Source: Phoronis australis
Taxonomy: Eukaryota > Animalia > Phoronida
Length of the DNA: 64,000 nucleotides
Assembly: GCA_002633005.1 (NCBI GenBank)
Contig: NMRA01000095.1
Location: 363,901 to 427,900 of the forward strand
Reading direction: 5' to 3'
This document shows positions 35,253-50,258 of this stretch, piece by piece (the stretch's first letter is position 1; each line of letters starts with the position of its first letter). Both the position numbers and the translations under genes were made by a program. The notes beneath the pieces were generated by a model. That model saw only the letters and a list, made by a program, of their open reading frames with translations, ran no database searches and was not told the DNA's origin.

Positions 35253-37819
35253 GTTCAAGAAACGAATAAATTACCTGGTTAAGGCGAACTTCTCTTCTTC
35301 GGAGCAGTACCGGAAACAGCTGATTAGTTGCCGAAAGGTCAAACCGCACAGCATTATGGGCAACATTCGTTTGTTTTGATCACGCAGATTTTAAGAAAAT
35401 AAAAAATAAAAGAAAAAATATGTACAGGCAGCAGATCGACCCCATACTTACGAAAAGTTCTAATTAAGTGTCAGAGAGTATGTTTCAATGGTTTTTATGC
35501 AGATTCACGATGTTTTTAAAACGTCTACAAACGGATCATATGACTTTAAAGAGTTCATAAACGAGTCCGTCAACACCGGAAGCTTTACCGCAGGATAAGT
35601 GAAGTTGTAAAGACTGGTCTCAAGGAATAATAAAATGCCATTTTTTCCCAAGCCCATCACGTCTATTTCGTCTAACGAACATTTTGATCACCCGAGTCAG
35701 TAATTTTCATCATCTAGTTATAACGGTATGGTCTTAAAAAAGTTGTTGGCCGCAGTTGTTTTGTAGCGTGGGTTTATACCCACACAGATGGTGCGGCAAT
35801 TCTTTGTTCAGCATTCGATGCGCATTCCTGCCACCGAAAAAGCGGGTTGACTGCATGTCTACAGCTCGCTCTACCCTCTTGCTTCCTGCCTGGATGGGCA
35901 CCACTGAGACCGGTGCAGACGCAACTGCGTAAGTTGCATGCTGGGTAACAAGAAAATGGCGGCCGTTTCGACTTCGCAATATCTTGCAAACAACTGTGCG
36001 TACAAAACACTGAAAATCACAGTATGAAGACTTGATTCGTGATCAGATTTGCAATTCCAGTGCTTATCACAGTGCTTAAGTATTTGAAAAAAGTGCCACA
36101 GTTTGATTTAGTAGTATGACCGCACTCTGTTTTTCATCAATGGACCGTCGTACTCGACGTAGGCCAACTCCTAATCTCAAACCACATTCAGTACTAGCAC
36201 AAAACGCCATTGTTTGTCATTGTTATCTTATCAGCGTTATATCACGCCTTGGTGTGCGCAATGAGCACACTGTCGTGGCAAGACTTTCCAAGTAAGTAAT
36301 CACGTTTTACTAGCCATTTATTCAATTACTACACCAGGCATAGCACCTTCAAAAGATTGTTTTATACATGACAAATGCAAATTAAACCTTTATAGGGGTA
36401 GTGTACAGCAAGATGCAGTAAGGATTTGAGTTTTACTTTATCTAATTCATGATATCTAATTCAAAACTGGGCTTGCACTCACCTTAAACTGTTGTGATGT
36501 CTTCTATCAATCTAATATTTACTAAGCACTTTGTTCTTAATGTGTAGAAAATCCATATGCAAAGTTAGTGAATGAACTGTTGCATAAGTTGCAAATCCAT
36601 AAATACATACGCATTACTATACCTCTTTATTAGTTGGAGGATAAGCAAAATTTTGTTTTTTTTAAATTTTTTGTTCATTAAGATAAATATCGCCAAATAA
36701 TTTAATTTAATGAAATGTTTCTTGGCAGATTTCACTCTCAATTGTAAACTTTATGTTTCAAGTGGTTCCAATAAGAGTGGGTTAGGCCTGATCTGAATAC
36801 ATTGGGATCAGAAAGATGTGTTTAGTACCATCATGGACACATCTGTACGATGCGATGCAGTGACTGCCTGAGTTAATGCATTCCTACAGGTGGAGCCACT
36901 GTTTTAAGAGTGCCATTTGGTTAACAAGCCTGTCCTGAAATACAACACCACTCTTATTATTGGGTATTTTTCCACAATGCAACACGCTTGTCAAGCATTT
37001 GTCATGCTTCATCCACTTGTAAATGCACTAGTCACCATATCATATCCTATTTATTATATAATTCATGAATTGTAATGCTGATATCAATTGCTGAGATTTA
37101 CAGGAAAAAGACAATTTAATGTCCATTTCAAGGATTGCATAATGACAATTGGGTTACCTGAAAGTCTAACTGCTAGGTAGTGGTTAAGTAATTGGCCCAA
37201 TTATGTTGAACACCCACCAGAATAAATGGGGAAAATAATGCGACAGCATTATATTAACGTTTTAAGTTATACAAGTCACATTTCTTGTCCAATTTTCAAA
37301 TTTCAAAAACCTAATCGTGTACTTTTCATGAGCTATTCAAATATAAGATTTAAAAACTTTCAAAACAAAAATTTAAAATGCTATTGTCGTCCTCAGTGTG
37401 TTTTATGATGAATTCGATTATCTAATGAACGATAACACCAACAGTCTTATGCAATGTAATTACCTTAACTACAACAGCGTGGTGTTTTTGATCAAAATCG
37501 CCCATAAGCGAAATTCTTGGAGGAGGAGCGGGTTAGTTTCAGTTCCAAGGTAGTGGGACTGGCAGTGAAGTTCCAGGAAATTTGTTGTGATCAATTTCAA
37601 TGTGGGCATAAAGTGATTACATGACACCCTTAGCATCCATTTCAATTGGAAACAAATAGTATGGTGATGGCCTATTCACTTGCACAAGCATATGTGTTCG
37701 AATTGGCAAAATACTACAAAACTAACTTTTTAAAAGCTGAATGCCATCCCGCGGGATCTGTGACTGTACTGTGAGTCATACAGAATAGCATATTAAACAT
37801 GAGTTCTTAAACCTTTTAA

Positions 37820-38305
37820 AGTCCCTTTTATACCAACGTTGATGCATCGATGTTTTGGGCAGCTGCGGTATATATGAACGGTTAACTTCGGTCTTTGATT
37901 GAAGTTAATGGTGCCAGTTAACTTCGCAGTAAACAGGTGGATTTAACAGCGAAGCATAGACGCTTTAGTGCGGCCTCATTGAAGTTATTGCTAGGGGGCA
38001 TTGTCAACAATTAAACGGCTGTGTCGTCGCTAATAACTGCTTATATTTTGCTCAAATATTGACCAATTGTATTGGAAATAGGCTTTATATCAATTAGTAC
38101 ATGTAAATATTCTCAAATTGTCACATTAAAAAAATTTTAGCGTGCACGGGATGCATCAGCATTACCTTGCGATTACTTTAATGACGATAGTGTCATCTAC
38201 CATTTACTTCGATGCCGTTAACTACCGAAGCTGGTATGAGCGATTTAATTAACTTCGCTGTTTGCGCCGATTCTCCACTCATACCGTAATCAAGTTAGTA
38301 TGACG
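37820..38305. mobile_element. Diverged, inverted, longer copy of the 44887-45236 MITE
   Basis: Reverse-complement blocks are shared, e.g. aaattgtcacattaaaaaa, tgcatcagc, ccgttaactaccgaagc, ttaacttcgc. Confidence 0.75.
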
Positions 38306-41300
38306 ATAACAGATGACTTTCCAGTTACAACTTTCGGCCCAACGTAATTTGCTGTAAAAAAGTGACGAGAGTTAGAAGCAACTAGATTGCTGAATCTCCT
38401 AGACGATCCCAATTAGGTAACCTCATACTTTCCGTTCCTATTCAAAGGAATAAAAAATTATGATGACATTTTAGGGAAGGTCAAATATGTCTGTGAAGAG
38501 AGTTGGTTATTTTAACACCAGAATACGCTGTAGTGATTTGCCTAATCGAGTTGCAATAATAGTGATTTTTATTTTAGGCCTGTCTTGAGGTAAAAAGTAA
38601 TGGAGAGGCCAACAGTTGCATTAAAAAATTCTATTTCATTTTTTACCTTAGAAAGGTAACAGTCTCGGCGCTATGGATACATTCAACTTCTTCAAATGCT
38701 CTTTGCGCTACAACTTATTGCTGGGACATTGCTCCCTGACCCCTAGATTTCTCTGGTAAACGTTAATTGTTTAATTCGTAGAAGTGAAAAACGAAAGAGG
38801 TGTCTCAGAATTTGACCCCTACTTGATTGCTAAGTGTTCCCCATCCTAAGATCAATTGTGCTATCTTCAAGACAATGCTGAATCACCAGTGTACATATTA
38901 TTTTATCTAACATTTGTGGAGAAGGTTTTCTGGTTTGTTTGTTTGGCTTATCTTGGCTAACTGATTGTCTCCACATTATATGCCTGCTAAGCTGATAGCC
39001 ATGTAATTTATTTGAAGTTTTCCAATATAAAATTTCATTCATAATTTTGAAGGTGTCTCCTCGTGATTGTCTGATTGAGTAAAATGTTCATAGTAAGAAG
39101 ATAAAAAGATGTCTTGTTGTCAAACGATTGTTTTTATTTAAAGCACACTACTTCCTGGTGTAGTAAAGATGATAGTCAGTCTGTGACTTTATTCAAAATG
39201 AATTTATTTTGCTTTCAAACACAACAATTATGTCAATAAATCTGTAGGATTGTCAGACATCGTTGACGAGTGATGCTTGTGAAATAAGGAAACTTGGAAA
39301 ATACAACGTTTTAACAGACTAGACCCAGATGGGACCAAACAGAGTCCTTTATATGTGAAAACTGACCCATCCTGGGGGGGGGGTAGCCACCATAAAAATG
39401 AGTACCCTTAGACAGGCCACTAGAGTCTAGATGGCTCCTTATCCTATGGACTGTGTACTTATCTTCCTATTGTTTTGTTTATAGGATACTTCGGAATAAT
39501 TCATTATGTACAGAATCATAAGAAAATAAATAAACAATGTTTTATGTGTTCTCCACAGCCTATTTAATGTGAAAGTCTAGAGACCTATCAAGCTTACGTC
39601 ACTCTTATGACTTTCCAAATAAGAAAGGCTATACAGTCAGGTATTTTACTGTACCACGTTGCATGAAGCTAAGCGCACCCTGGAGGCCAGAACAACGCTA
39701 TGTACCCTTTGATCAATAGTTTCACGTGAAAAGATCAATTTTTAGACATGGGCAAGTTACGCGTGATGTATTTAGGCTATGATTTTTATGAATTGCACTT
39801 TATTTGGGTGCCAAAAAGATGTTCTGCCAAAAATAATTCTTTAAGGGGTCTATGAGTAACACAAGGAACTTCTACAGCGGAGAACTACCACGACTCGGCA
39901 AAGTTGACATATTTTTTAACAAGAACACATTGTGGAGATATTTTGTCATCAAGAATGAGTTACAAACAGGTAAAATAAATTGGAATTTTCGTTGGAGTCT
40001 ATTCTTGATTAAGACCACAAATGAGTGCAAGGGCGTCAATACAAGTCAGCTATTGGTGCATGCGAAAACATTTGCTGATTGGGTCCGCTCGACATAATCG
40101 TGGGCTTCACAAATAAACGAAGGGGACTGTTAGCAGAACTGACGAAAAGGTTGGTAAAATATCGCCAAATTAGGACACTACATGGCATTTAGGTGACATT
40201 TTATTTTCTCAGTTTTCTAAAGATGGATCATGCCAAATTGATGCTTCGTTATATTCAAGCTCTGTGTCACAGGTACTAACAGACAACAGTTAGAAGTCCT
40301 TGAAAAATAAAGATGGGCCACTTTGGCCTTTATTTTTGTCCGAAATTGATGACTTATTCAGTCTAAAAAGTTACGAAATGAGAAGTTATTACCTAAACTA
40401 TTTTACTTGTCATGTCACTCAGGAAAAAGGAGAGAACCAAATTTCACTAACTGCTGTATTTTGTCCTAAATTGTTAAGAGTTTTAAGGTACTGTCACAGA
40501 AAGATTAAATAAACTGTTTTATGTTCCAGTCCTGCTGTGCTAACAGAGCACAGAGGGTGGCTGAAATGTTTAATCCTACAATGGTACAGGAGTCTCGTGC
40601 ATTTTATTTTTCAGCTGTTGCAGTAAAGTCTGACCATTTCAGGTCACAGTAAATGTTTTTTCCGAGTTTTCATAAAGGTAAATAGCTCCGAATAATATTT
40701 TTCACTATAGTTACCAGTACATTAATTCGAGAAGTTGTGGATATTCTAACTAGATTAGAAGCTTTTGAAAAAGACAGTTTTGTCATTTATATTTGTGTCA
40801 AATTGCTGAGATGTTGACTTGCTTGCCAACAGCCCCACATCTTTACTATTCTTCTTATGCCAAGAACAGTCTTCGTATTTTCTGATCAGAGCGCTAGCAC
40901 CTGAGAATATCCACCCTTGCTCGCTACTTCAGACACGTGTAGTTTCAGTCTTCTTCCCAGAATTCAGGTGAAGCAATCACTCACTTGCAAATGTCCAAAC
41001 TTAGCAGAAAAATGAGAATAATCACCTTGCTGAATAACTTCACGCAAGGCGGTGTACAGTCTGCAATACCAGCATGACATCAAGGGAACTCCCACTGTGC
41101 GATATAAACTTAACACCTTGATGCCTTTAAGGAAAGTGAAGTGACAACACATGATATAACAACTTATGTGTGGCAATAAATTTACATTTTGTTGATTGAA
41201 ATTTGTGTTAGATGATAAAAAATTAATTTTTAGCAAATTCTGATGGCCGAGGTTGGTAACAAAATTGCCTACAGGGAGCACTGTAGATTGTCTTGAAGAT

Positions 41301-41596
41301 TCACCTGTCATTCATGTTGCAAAAAGTTCCAATCAGTATTTAAATTTTAGTTGTCTGTCAAAATCGGGGTATTCTCATAAGATGGTTTCTGAGCAGTCTT
41401 GTTATTCTCTGCATTTGTAAAAGTTCTGCAGTAGAAAGCGACACTCAGCAATATGTTAAAAAATAATTGCAGGCGGTCTGGTACACGTTGTGCCACTCAG
41501 ATGGGGCCCAAATCACTGATCACCTGGAACCATTTTTATGCTTTATTAACATTGTTAAGACCGAGCTGAGAAGCTAGAGACTTAACTTAGGGTCTA

Positions 41597-41870
41597 GCAA
41601 TGTTCCTCTGTGGGACTCGGACTCGTGTCCTTGAGGACAGGAAACGAACACTTATCCAGCTTGGTCACACTGCCTCCTCGAAACATTGCGTTGATGACAC
41701 CTTGCTATATTTCATACAGAGCAAAGATAATGTATCTACAGTTGGATGTCTTAATCCTCTTGTCAAGATTATCTCGCCCCGTTCCTGATGACAAGGTGCA
41801 CTGTGCACTGAGAAAGTTGGCACTCATTATAATGTGAAAAGAAAGTCTCCTGGTTACTGAGATCTTCTCA
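41597..41870. mobile_element. Composite repeat: minus-strand tRNA-like head plus plus-strand degenerate hammerhead-like core
   Basis: Minus 41597-41680: TGACCAAGCTGGATAAG (A-box-like) and GAGTCCGAGTCCC (B-box-like). Plus 41785-41820: CTGATGA-caag-GTGCA-ctg-TGCAC-tga-GAAAGTTGG. Confidence 0.45.
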
Positions 41871-44800
41871 TATCCCGTCGTCGGCTATCTCCTGCAACGA
41901 CCCCTGACCTTGTTTTTACCATTGGAACATTGTTATCTTATTGTTTTTGGATAGAACACGCTGATAAGATAATTGAAGAGGTTGGCAGGTGTTCCCTGTT
42001 ATTAACTCCTGTTTTGCAGGGGGAGGGGGTGGTTAGAAGCACTGAAATAAGACATGGCTGACGTGTTTTGTCCTATTGTGTTATGCAAGAAAATTTAATA
42101 ACGTTCTGTGCATCCATTGTTTATTTCATGTAAATAATGATGACCTCGATATCATTATACCACTTAGACATAATTTCTTGTGCATATCATAGCATAGTGT
42201 GGAACAACTGCCTGTATCATTACCTTGTTATGCGCCTTACAAATTGAATTAGTTGCGCAATACAAATTGGGGTTACCTGCAGGTTAACTGAAGCATATGG
42301 CACAAACACTGAAGTATGTCAAACTGCTGTACCCAAGTTAACTCGATTTTTTGTTTTAGGCAGCAAAACGAGTCATGATCTTATAGATTCGGGTACATTG
42401 CATCACCAGACCCACGTCACCAGACCCACGTCTCCTTGTAGTATCTAACAATAACTATGGACCATTTCATTAAGTCTTCCTAGAAATGTTTTGACAATAT
42501 TGGCAATCAAATCGTATGAAAATTGATGACCTCCACCTGTTTGAAAATCTTGTTTGTTTTCAATTCCGTGCAATTCAAAATCAATCAAAAATGTTGAAAA
42601 TCAAAAGTTCAGCAGCTTTAAAACGCCTCTTATGAAATTTCTATATTACCTTTCCATAGTACTGCATTGAGGAATTCATAGTCCAATGTCTCACCTAACT
42701 TAAGCTGGGTTTGTTCAAGAAGCGAACAGATTTAATTAAGACATGAAAAGCTGCAGATAGCAGTTTTCTCATAAAGAATTTACGATAAAGTTTATTAATT
42801 CCATTGTGGAAAATCGTCCGAGATAGGTGAACTACTAGTACAAAAACAGCCCTCAATAGAATTCCACCGACTCCATTTCCAGGGAAATTAAACCACCCCT
42901 AACTAACAATGTTATCAACAAATGACAGGATTACTACCACTCAAACCTGTGTTGACTGGCCTTTGTTTTCCAATTTACTTATCTTTTCTTACTAGTAAAG
43001 ATACTGAATCCATTAGTGTTATCAACCTTCGTGTAAGTAGTCTGGACTCTGGGTTCAAATTTGTAGTTGTTCATTACTTGTGTTTTTCTTTACTCGTGAG
43101 CATATTTTTTGTAAAATGCATCATCATGTCTGTGTGGATCTCTCCAACACGTATCAACCGTTCACGATAATTCTTCTATTGGGCATACAAAATGGCGGAC
43201 AAGTGAAATTATGTTTCATCTGTATTCTTAACAAGAGTAAAGATTAAGAAATTTTTTTCCATCCTTTGTACTGTGTAAATAACATCATAAATTTTCCCTT
43301 ATTTGTTGCTAGGTAACGACTTTTGAAAAATGGAATAATGTCTCTTTTCTCTGCGCATTATAATCAAAGAATCTGTTTATGTGTTTATCTTTAGCTTTCA
43401 TACATTGAACCAAGTTGCCAAAAGAGTTCAAAATGTTTTTTGAGGTCAAGTATGTATTCAAAAATTTACTTATGGTATTAGTATATTTTGCTACTTGCAC
43501 TGTTCAACCCAGGCAAAAATGTCCGCTGGACAATACAAGTGATGGCATAATTGCCTCCTGTGATCCCAGATTTTTGCTCATATAAAATAGTAACCAAAAC
43601 AAAAAAATGCAAAACGTCTGTTTCCAGGCACTTGTACGAGTAAGGTCAATTCTCTGTGCTCGTATTTCACTTTTCCCTCGTATTTCCGAGCATTTTCCTG
43701 GCTTATGTCAAGTCCTGTTCATGTCTCTACACATATTGCTCGCAGATTACAAGATGTCATCACTTAAAATTAGTCAAACTGTACTTACACAAAATGTCTC
43801 AAAACTTTGCAACCGCTTTTCAAAACTGTGAAGCAAAATTTATGAAAATTAAGTTCAGTTATTTCCTTACCTCATAATTTCGGTCACTTGACACTATCTT
43901 GTGGAATGCTGTAAACAATGATCAGACAAGTTTTATCCAAGCTGCTTTTCTGTGATGTGGTCTGTGTGTTAAAAAGTGTCATCCCATCTACCTTTTTGGA
44001 GGTGGTGTTTTAATTCTTCACTTGTTTTTGTTTCAGAGTCTCCCCATAAACTCCTTTGACAATTATTTTGGTCATAAATTAGTGAGATTGCACTGTAGGT
44101 ATTATATCCATACAATTATGGATATTAAAGAATTATTGGAGATTAACTTGTCTAGTAATCATACGAGACAACTTGTCAACTATAGATAGTAAAACTGGTA
44201 ACTTCGTGACTTCAATCATATCAACGCACAAGACTCATTCAGAAATATCACTTTTTATCGGAGCCCCGGCACAGCCAGGGCAAAGTACCCCTCTATGGCG
44301 TCTGAATAATTATATTCAAATGATGAATGGCGTGGTGAAGCCGCTACTGGTTGTCATTGATAAATTGTTATAGTCTGGATTTATCATTCCATATCTTTAT
44401 GATAAGAATTATGAAACTCCCCCTTTTCTCATTAATAGATTCCGTAGAATGCCTGGGAAATGTACTGTACATTTGATTGGCTCATCTTTCTCGAGTTCAG
44501 AATTTCAAATTTTCTTCTAATTTTCCTTTTCATCTCCACTGATGAGCAAGGTCATGTGATAGGTAGCATTTGTTTGTTTGTGTGTTTGTTTGTTTGTCAC
44601 AATGGGCATGCTGTAACTGAATGCACGCCTTCCAAATTTTGCCCAACCTCAAGTACTGATCACTAAAGGTACATGAAGGAACATTATAGGGTTTGGTACC
44701 AAAAACTGCGTTTTTGAGATTATTGTCGAATAGGAAAGTCTTCTTGATATTATTAGCTTTGATCAGAACAATAAAGCAAGTGAAGTATTTTATGATTTTA

Positions 44801-44886
44801 TCAAAAGTGGACAATTCCTGGGCATGGTTGGCTTCCAGTCATTCAGTAAAATTAACTGAAAACGAGGCTGGTGTCCTTAATAATAA

Positions 44887-45236
44887 AGACCCTTTCATAC
44901 TGACTTTAACTCCGGTCTGAGCGGAGTGTCAAAACAAACTGCGAAGTTAACTGAACCGTTCATACTGGCTTCGGTAGTTAACGGACATCGCAGTTACAGT
45001 AGGTGACGCTGTTGTCATCGAAGTAATTACAAGGTAGCGCTGATGCACGGTAAGGATTTTTTAATGTGACAATTTACATATGCTAATTGACATAAAACTT
45101 GTTTCTAATTTAAGCAACTATTACCGATGGCACTGCCCAGGATGACAGTAGCCCCTGGCGGTAACTTCGATGGGACCAAAGTTGACTTTCATACTGACCG
45201 CAACATCCACGTGTTGACGTTAGTATGAAAGGGCCT
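44887..45236. mobile_element. PIF/Harbinger-type MITE with TAA TSD
   Basis: TAA|AGACCCTTTCATACTGAC ... GTTAGTATGAAAGGGCCT|TAA. Confidence 0.8.
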
Positions 45237-47299
45237 TAAAATGCACTTAAAACACTGCTATTTGCTACATTGGCTTAAGAGTACTATTACTAACAAAGTG
45301 TGGGACTGCCCCTACTGAGGTCGTGGGTTGGAATTGGTCACTTGAAAGTTTTAGTCCTCTGCTCTCATTTGGCGATAATTGTGGTTAAAATTCTGACCTT
45401 TAATTTATACTGGCCACTGTTGAATGACACGGAAAACAACTTTTTATAGCCTTAGAAAAGTTGATAGTAAAAATGCAAATGCATGCTGGGTTGTAATCTA
45501 TAGAATATTTCTACTTTATTGAAACTATCCGACTGATAAGACTCATTTTATGAAAGAAGAGGAAAGTGCAATGCCTGGACTTTTTGTATTCTATCCACTC
45601 ATACATGTGTGAGTGCACAGTACCATAATCTCTGTCGGATTGGTGGACATCCGCTGCTGTATTTCTTAAACCCTTTGCAAGATCTTAATGAGATATTGGA
45701 GGTATGTTCCCATCAAGCTGATGATAGATGGTGGCTAGTTTTGGACTGATTGGCCTACTGCTGTTCCCCCTTTGGCAATTTTAGATTTTTATTTTTATTG
45801 ATATGTGGGCGCATTATGGTGTCATCCCTGGCTGTCGGTCGTGTGTCTGATGCTGTATCTCCAGATAAATGTTCATGAAATTTTGAAGATATGCTCCTTT
45901 CATGAGCAGAACAGCGTGTCTAATTTTCGGACAGGTCCCACAACCGGTGTGCACCCTGGTGGCAAGTTTAGTTTTTACGTTTACCTCTGTATCATCAGAG
46001 TTCCTTAACGGATTTTCATAAAATTTGACAAATAACCATCTATTAGTGAGGTGACACCACCTTCCCGTTTTCGGATTCGAAATATTTTGTTGCACCATTT
46101 TTACTGTTTTTGAGTCTGTTTTTTGGCATTCGTTACTCCATCAACCAAACCACTCTAAGGATGATTATGAAAACTGGCGTATATGTTCCTACTGTAAAGA
46201 GGACAACTGACGATTAAATATTTTGGTTGAGAGTTGGTGAGATATTGCAGTAGGATCTCCAACGTTTGGTATGGTCTCGGGTTAAGCTGTTTTTCTGAGT
46301 GGTCCAATATCGCGATGGTCTGAATTTTAAATTTAAAGCGCCATTTCCTGCCCGTTACTCGGGAGGGAATCTCACGAAAAAATGATTTCCTATTTCTGAT
46401 GGTACGTGATCATTTTTCACTGACGCGGAATGCTGCACCCAGTAAGTCCGCTAATTGTATGCAGAATTATTGAAAAACGACTTTATTAATGTTCAAATTA
46501 AATGTCATAAAATGTTTTCAAAAGCAACCGACCTAACCTATATTAAGACTCTGTAAAGTGTAATCACCATTCAAAGGAGCAGGTGTTTAATTTCAATTGT
46601 TACAATTTTATTAGTTTTGATTGTGTTACAGTTCACACTGGCACAACAAGACAGACAACTGAAAAACTACAAAGTATTGAATCGATTTTTATTTTGTGTT
46701 GGAGTCTGTTATGCTCATGTGTTTTCAAGGTGAGTTTCGCTGTGCAGTATTAATGAGACTTGTTATTTTTGATGTTTTATTTATGAAAATATTTTAAAAT
46801 GTTGTTAAATTTTGTTTATATCCACATGTTTGCCAGAGGATCAGGAAATTAGTAATTATTGATAAACATTGTTCAATGCTTATTGACAAACAACATTTTC
46901 ATGAGGAAATGTAACTAAACTTGATTGTGTATTTAAACTGACACTATAGAAATTACATCTACCGTAATTATGTTGTCCCTTATTTAATAAAATCATCTGA
47001 GAGTTGGTCAATGCTAGTTTTTCTCAAGTTCTTATTGAAGTGTGAAATGATATAATTACCAATCTAGATCAACGAGCCATGTTTGGGGTAACGCCCACCC
47101 GCAAAATTCGTTAATTTTCATGAATTCCCGTGTGTGGTGCGTTGTTCATTCCTTGTAGTGTTCACTTACCAATTATATGACCGAGACTGCCTTGGAAGTG
47201 CCCATGTCTTTGTAGATGCACGTCTCGGGTGTGAATTTTAGTTCATAAAATATACGAAACTGCGAGTTTCAGCGGCACCTTGCCTCTAGTCTCTTACTT

Positions 47300-48100
47300 A
47301 CTCTCATGCAACTGAGTCCAATCTGATTATCTAGCTGAACTGACCATTCTGTTAAACTTGCACCCCTGACTTTCACAAAAGTTTGTGTTTTTCAACTACC
47401 ATGCTATCATAGCCCACTCCGTACGAACCCCTTGGTTTTTAGTTCCTGAAGCCCCCCTGGACAGTAACGGGGGTGAGTAGGGTACCAGCTATGATATACA
47501 TGAGTAAACAACTCCCATCTCTGACACAAAATCATCTTGTGATAAACAGCAGTTGGTCGTTAGTAATTTTCAAATAATAAATCGCCACCCAAAAATCAAT
47601 CCATTACGGTCTTGAATAACATCCAATCACATGTTGTGACAGCTAGCATTGTTACTTTGCTTACTTTTGTTCTGGCGTATTCTAGCAACCAAAAAGTGGA
47701 TTTGCTCCCCCTCTGTTTGAGATCTTTATTAATCTCCACTACAAAAGCACCTTTACAAATCTAGGCAACCATGGTATCAAATCTCAGAACAGGCTTTGTT
47801 TGGCCAATAAAGGTTCTTGAAATCTGCAGTATTGTGTGTTAGCCTGTTATCAATCTCTATTGTCTACTGCATATAACAACCATTGTCTAGCGAGATGTGA
47901 CTTTAGCTGGTAGGTTTATACTTGATTCAGGTAAACTATAGCCAACAATAGCGGTACAAACAGTTGGCAGATAACTGGGGATAAGTTGCTGTGCTCCTGA
48001 TTCAAGTCGAATTTTACGTCTTGTGACGAAACTTTTGTCATCTCCAATCGGCCGTATGAGGAACTGAGAGCGAACCTAATGTAGGAGCTGAATTTAAACA
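47300..48100 (-). mobile_element. Possible highly decayed LINE endonuclease remnant
   Basis: Only fragments such as FLGGDL (GDFN-like motif near 47590) in a coding-like stretch; no open frame. Confidence 0.25.
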
Positions 48101-50258
48101 TGTAAGTTGGAAGGATTAATAAGTAATGGCTGATAGTAGGCTTTTTACTAATAATTTTTTATTTTAAAATCTGGGGTTTCCAATATTTGATTTGAGAAAG
48201 AATAAAATTCAATTCATGTAACTGGTGTCATGGTCCAGGTACTTTTTCCATGTAATTTATAATGCTTGGGATGATGTTAAGTTTTATTGCTGGCAATAAG
48301 AAGTGAAAAGTTTACAGTTTTACAACACTGCTGATGTGTTGGAGTATACACTATTGTACCCATGACATGCCATAAATTGAACAAGTAACAGAAATCAGAC
48401 CATGCACTCAGTAGACACCTGATTACACTGTGTTCTTCTGAACCCTTAAATAAATAAAACTGGGAAAGAAGTCCTCTGCCTGTCTGTAGTGTATGGTACG
48501 ACATTTTGGAGAGATTTTGATGGAACTTTCAGAAAAGTTTTAATTAAAATGGTTAAATGTCAACACTTGCTACTTCCTAGATTACCTCAGTGACCAGTTC
48601 TCAATACCTTTATTTACCTGTATAGTGGTGTTCAACTGTTGGAACACTAGCCTGAGGGTTGTACACTGCTGCTGGTCTAAATCACTAGTTTGCATTATCA
48701 TTACCGTAGTTTATCTTCTTCATCTAAATGGGGATTAAGTTTTATGGATTGTGTTAAAAACTCAGCGTGTTTCACAGCACCTCCTTCTTCGTCAAGATAG
48801 ATTTGTACAGGAGCTGGTGTCATCAAGAAACCTGTTTATTGGGTACGCTGATCTTAGGTCCTTTCAGGGTGGGTGGAGCGTAGCATTTACCTTTATGGCA
48901 ATAAAACACTGGTTAATATAATGGGTTACGTGACTTGCAATGCACACGTCAGAAAATTTGAGAAGTTGAGTACGTAAGGGGTGTTCGTTTTCCACTCGTC
49001 TGATTCGGCTCCTGTATTTTTTTCAACCTCTGCAAACGAAAGAATTTTAGTTACACCTTTATTTTACAAAATATTCGAAAGAGTGCAATGTACCCTGAAA
49101 GTGTGTCAAAGAGTTGTGTTTGGAGTGTGGTAGTTGGGCTGTCGTAATGTACTTCTGTAAGTTTTTATTTTATGCCACAGGCGTAAGTATTCAGTAGTAA
49201 GTACATATTGAGTAAATACAGTTTGTTGGCAGGGCATCTGCAGTCTATGAGTGCTGTCAGGTTTTGCGTCTGAAGTCTCGTCCACGCACAAACTTACTTT
49301 AAAACGACTAGCACTTAAGTGCAACTTGGCCACACTTTAAGTGGAGCATCGACACACATCTGATAACTAGTGGGAGGCAGTGTAAAATTTTTGATGAAAA
49401 AATTTAGAATTATGTAAGGATTAATCGATAATTAAATTTATGAACAAATGTGTTAATTAATATCAGTTAACTATTTTGAAAGTCACAAATATTTTAGAAC
49501 AGGACTTGTTATTGTGTTCACAGTCAAGGTACAACTAGTCAGTCTTGACCAAATTAAGATTGCATTGCAGATTTGGATGTATTAATTGTATGAAACAACC
49601 CAATACATGGCTGCTGGTAAATTTCGTGCGAGATTCGTGCATCGCAATATCCATGATACAACACACGCACATCATCGGAAAACCACATAAACTATTCTTT
49701 GGCTGTGCCCGGCTTATGTCGACAAGGTAAATGGTCGCTGGTTAGGTGAATAAAAAATGAGTGTGGTTTTAAATTACTTTTCTCTGTGAATTAAAAAATG
49801 TAGGAAACGACCTCCAATTCTGAAAGAAAAAGTTATGGAGTTGAACGGTTAAAATATGCAGGTTGTGTAATTAGTTTTATGACAAAACCTGTCAGGTAGA
49901 TGGACAAACTCCTACAGAGCTTGTTGCTCTTGGGTATTGACACAGTTCCAATTTGTCATTGATTTTTTTAAGTTATCCTAATTTATATTGTGGTCTTTGT
50001 CTACTTCAAATCTGCAGAAATGGGGGACCTCACAGATTTAATTTTTCTGTTGCAGCTGCCTAAACAAAGGCACCTCTGACAAAAACATGTAATTTACAAA
50101 TAAGTACTTGAAAAGCCAGCTATGAAATTAATGCATGAAATCCTACAAGATGTATGTATACTTCTGAGTTTTCAGATTTTCTTACATCGACATTAGTAAT
50201 CATGCTGGATTCTGAGTACCTTTTGTGTCTTCTACACAACACGTTACACCATCTCTTT

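Noticed and set aside
34465-35349. 294-aa and 158-aa ORFs
   Set aside because: Their length is an artefact of translating through the N gap; only the LINE C-terminal part is real.
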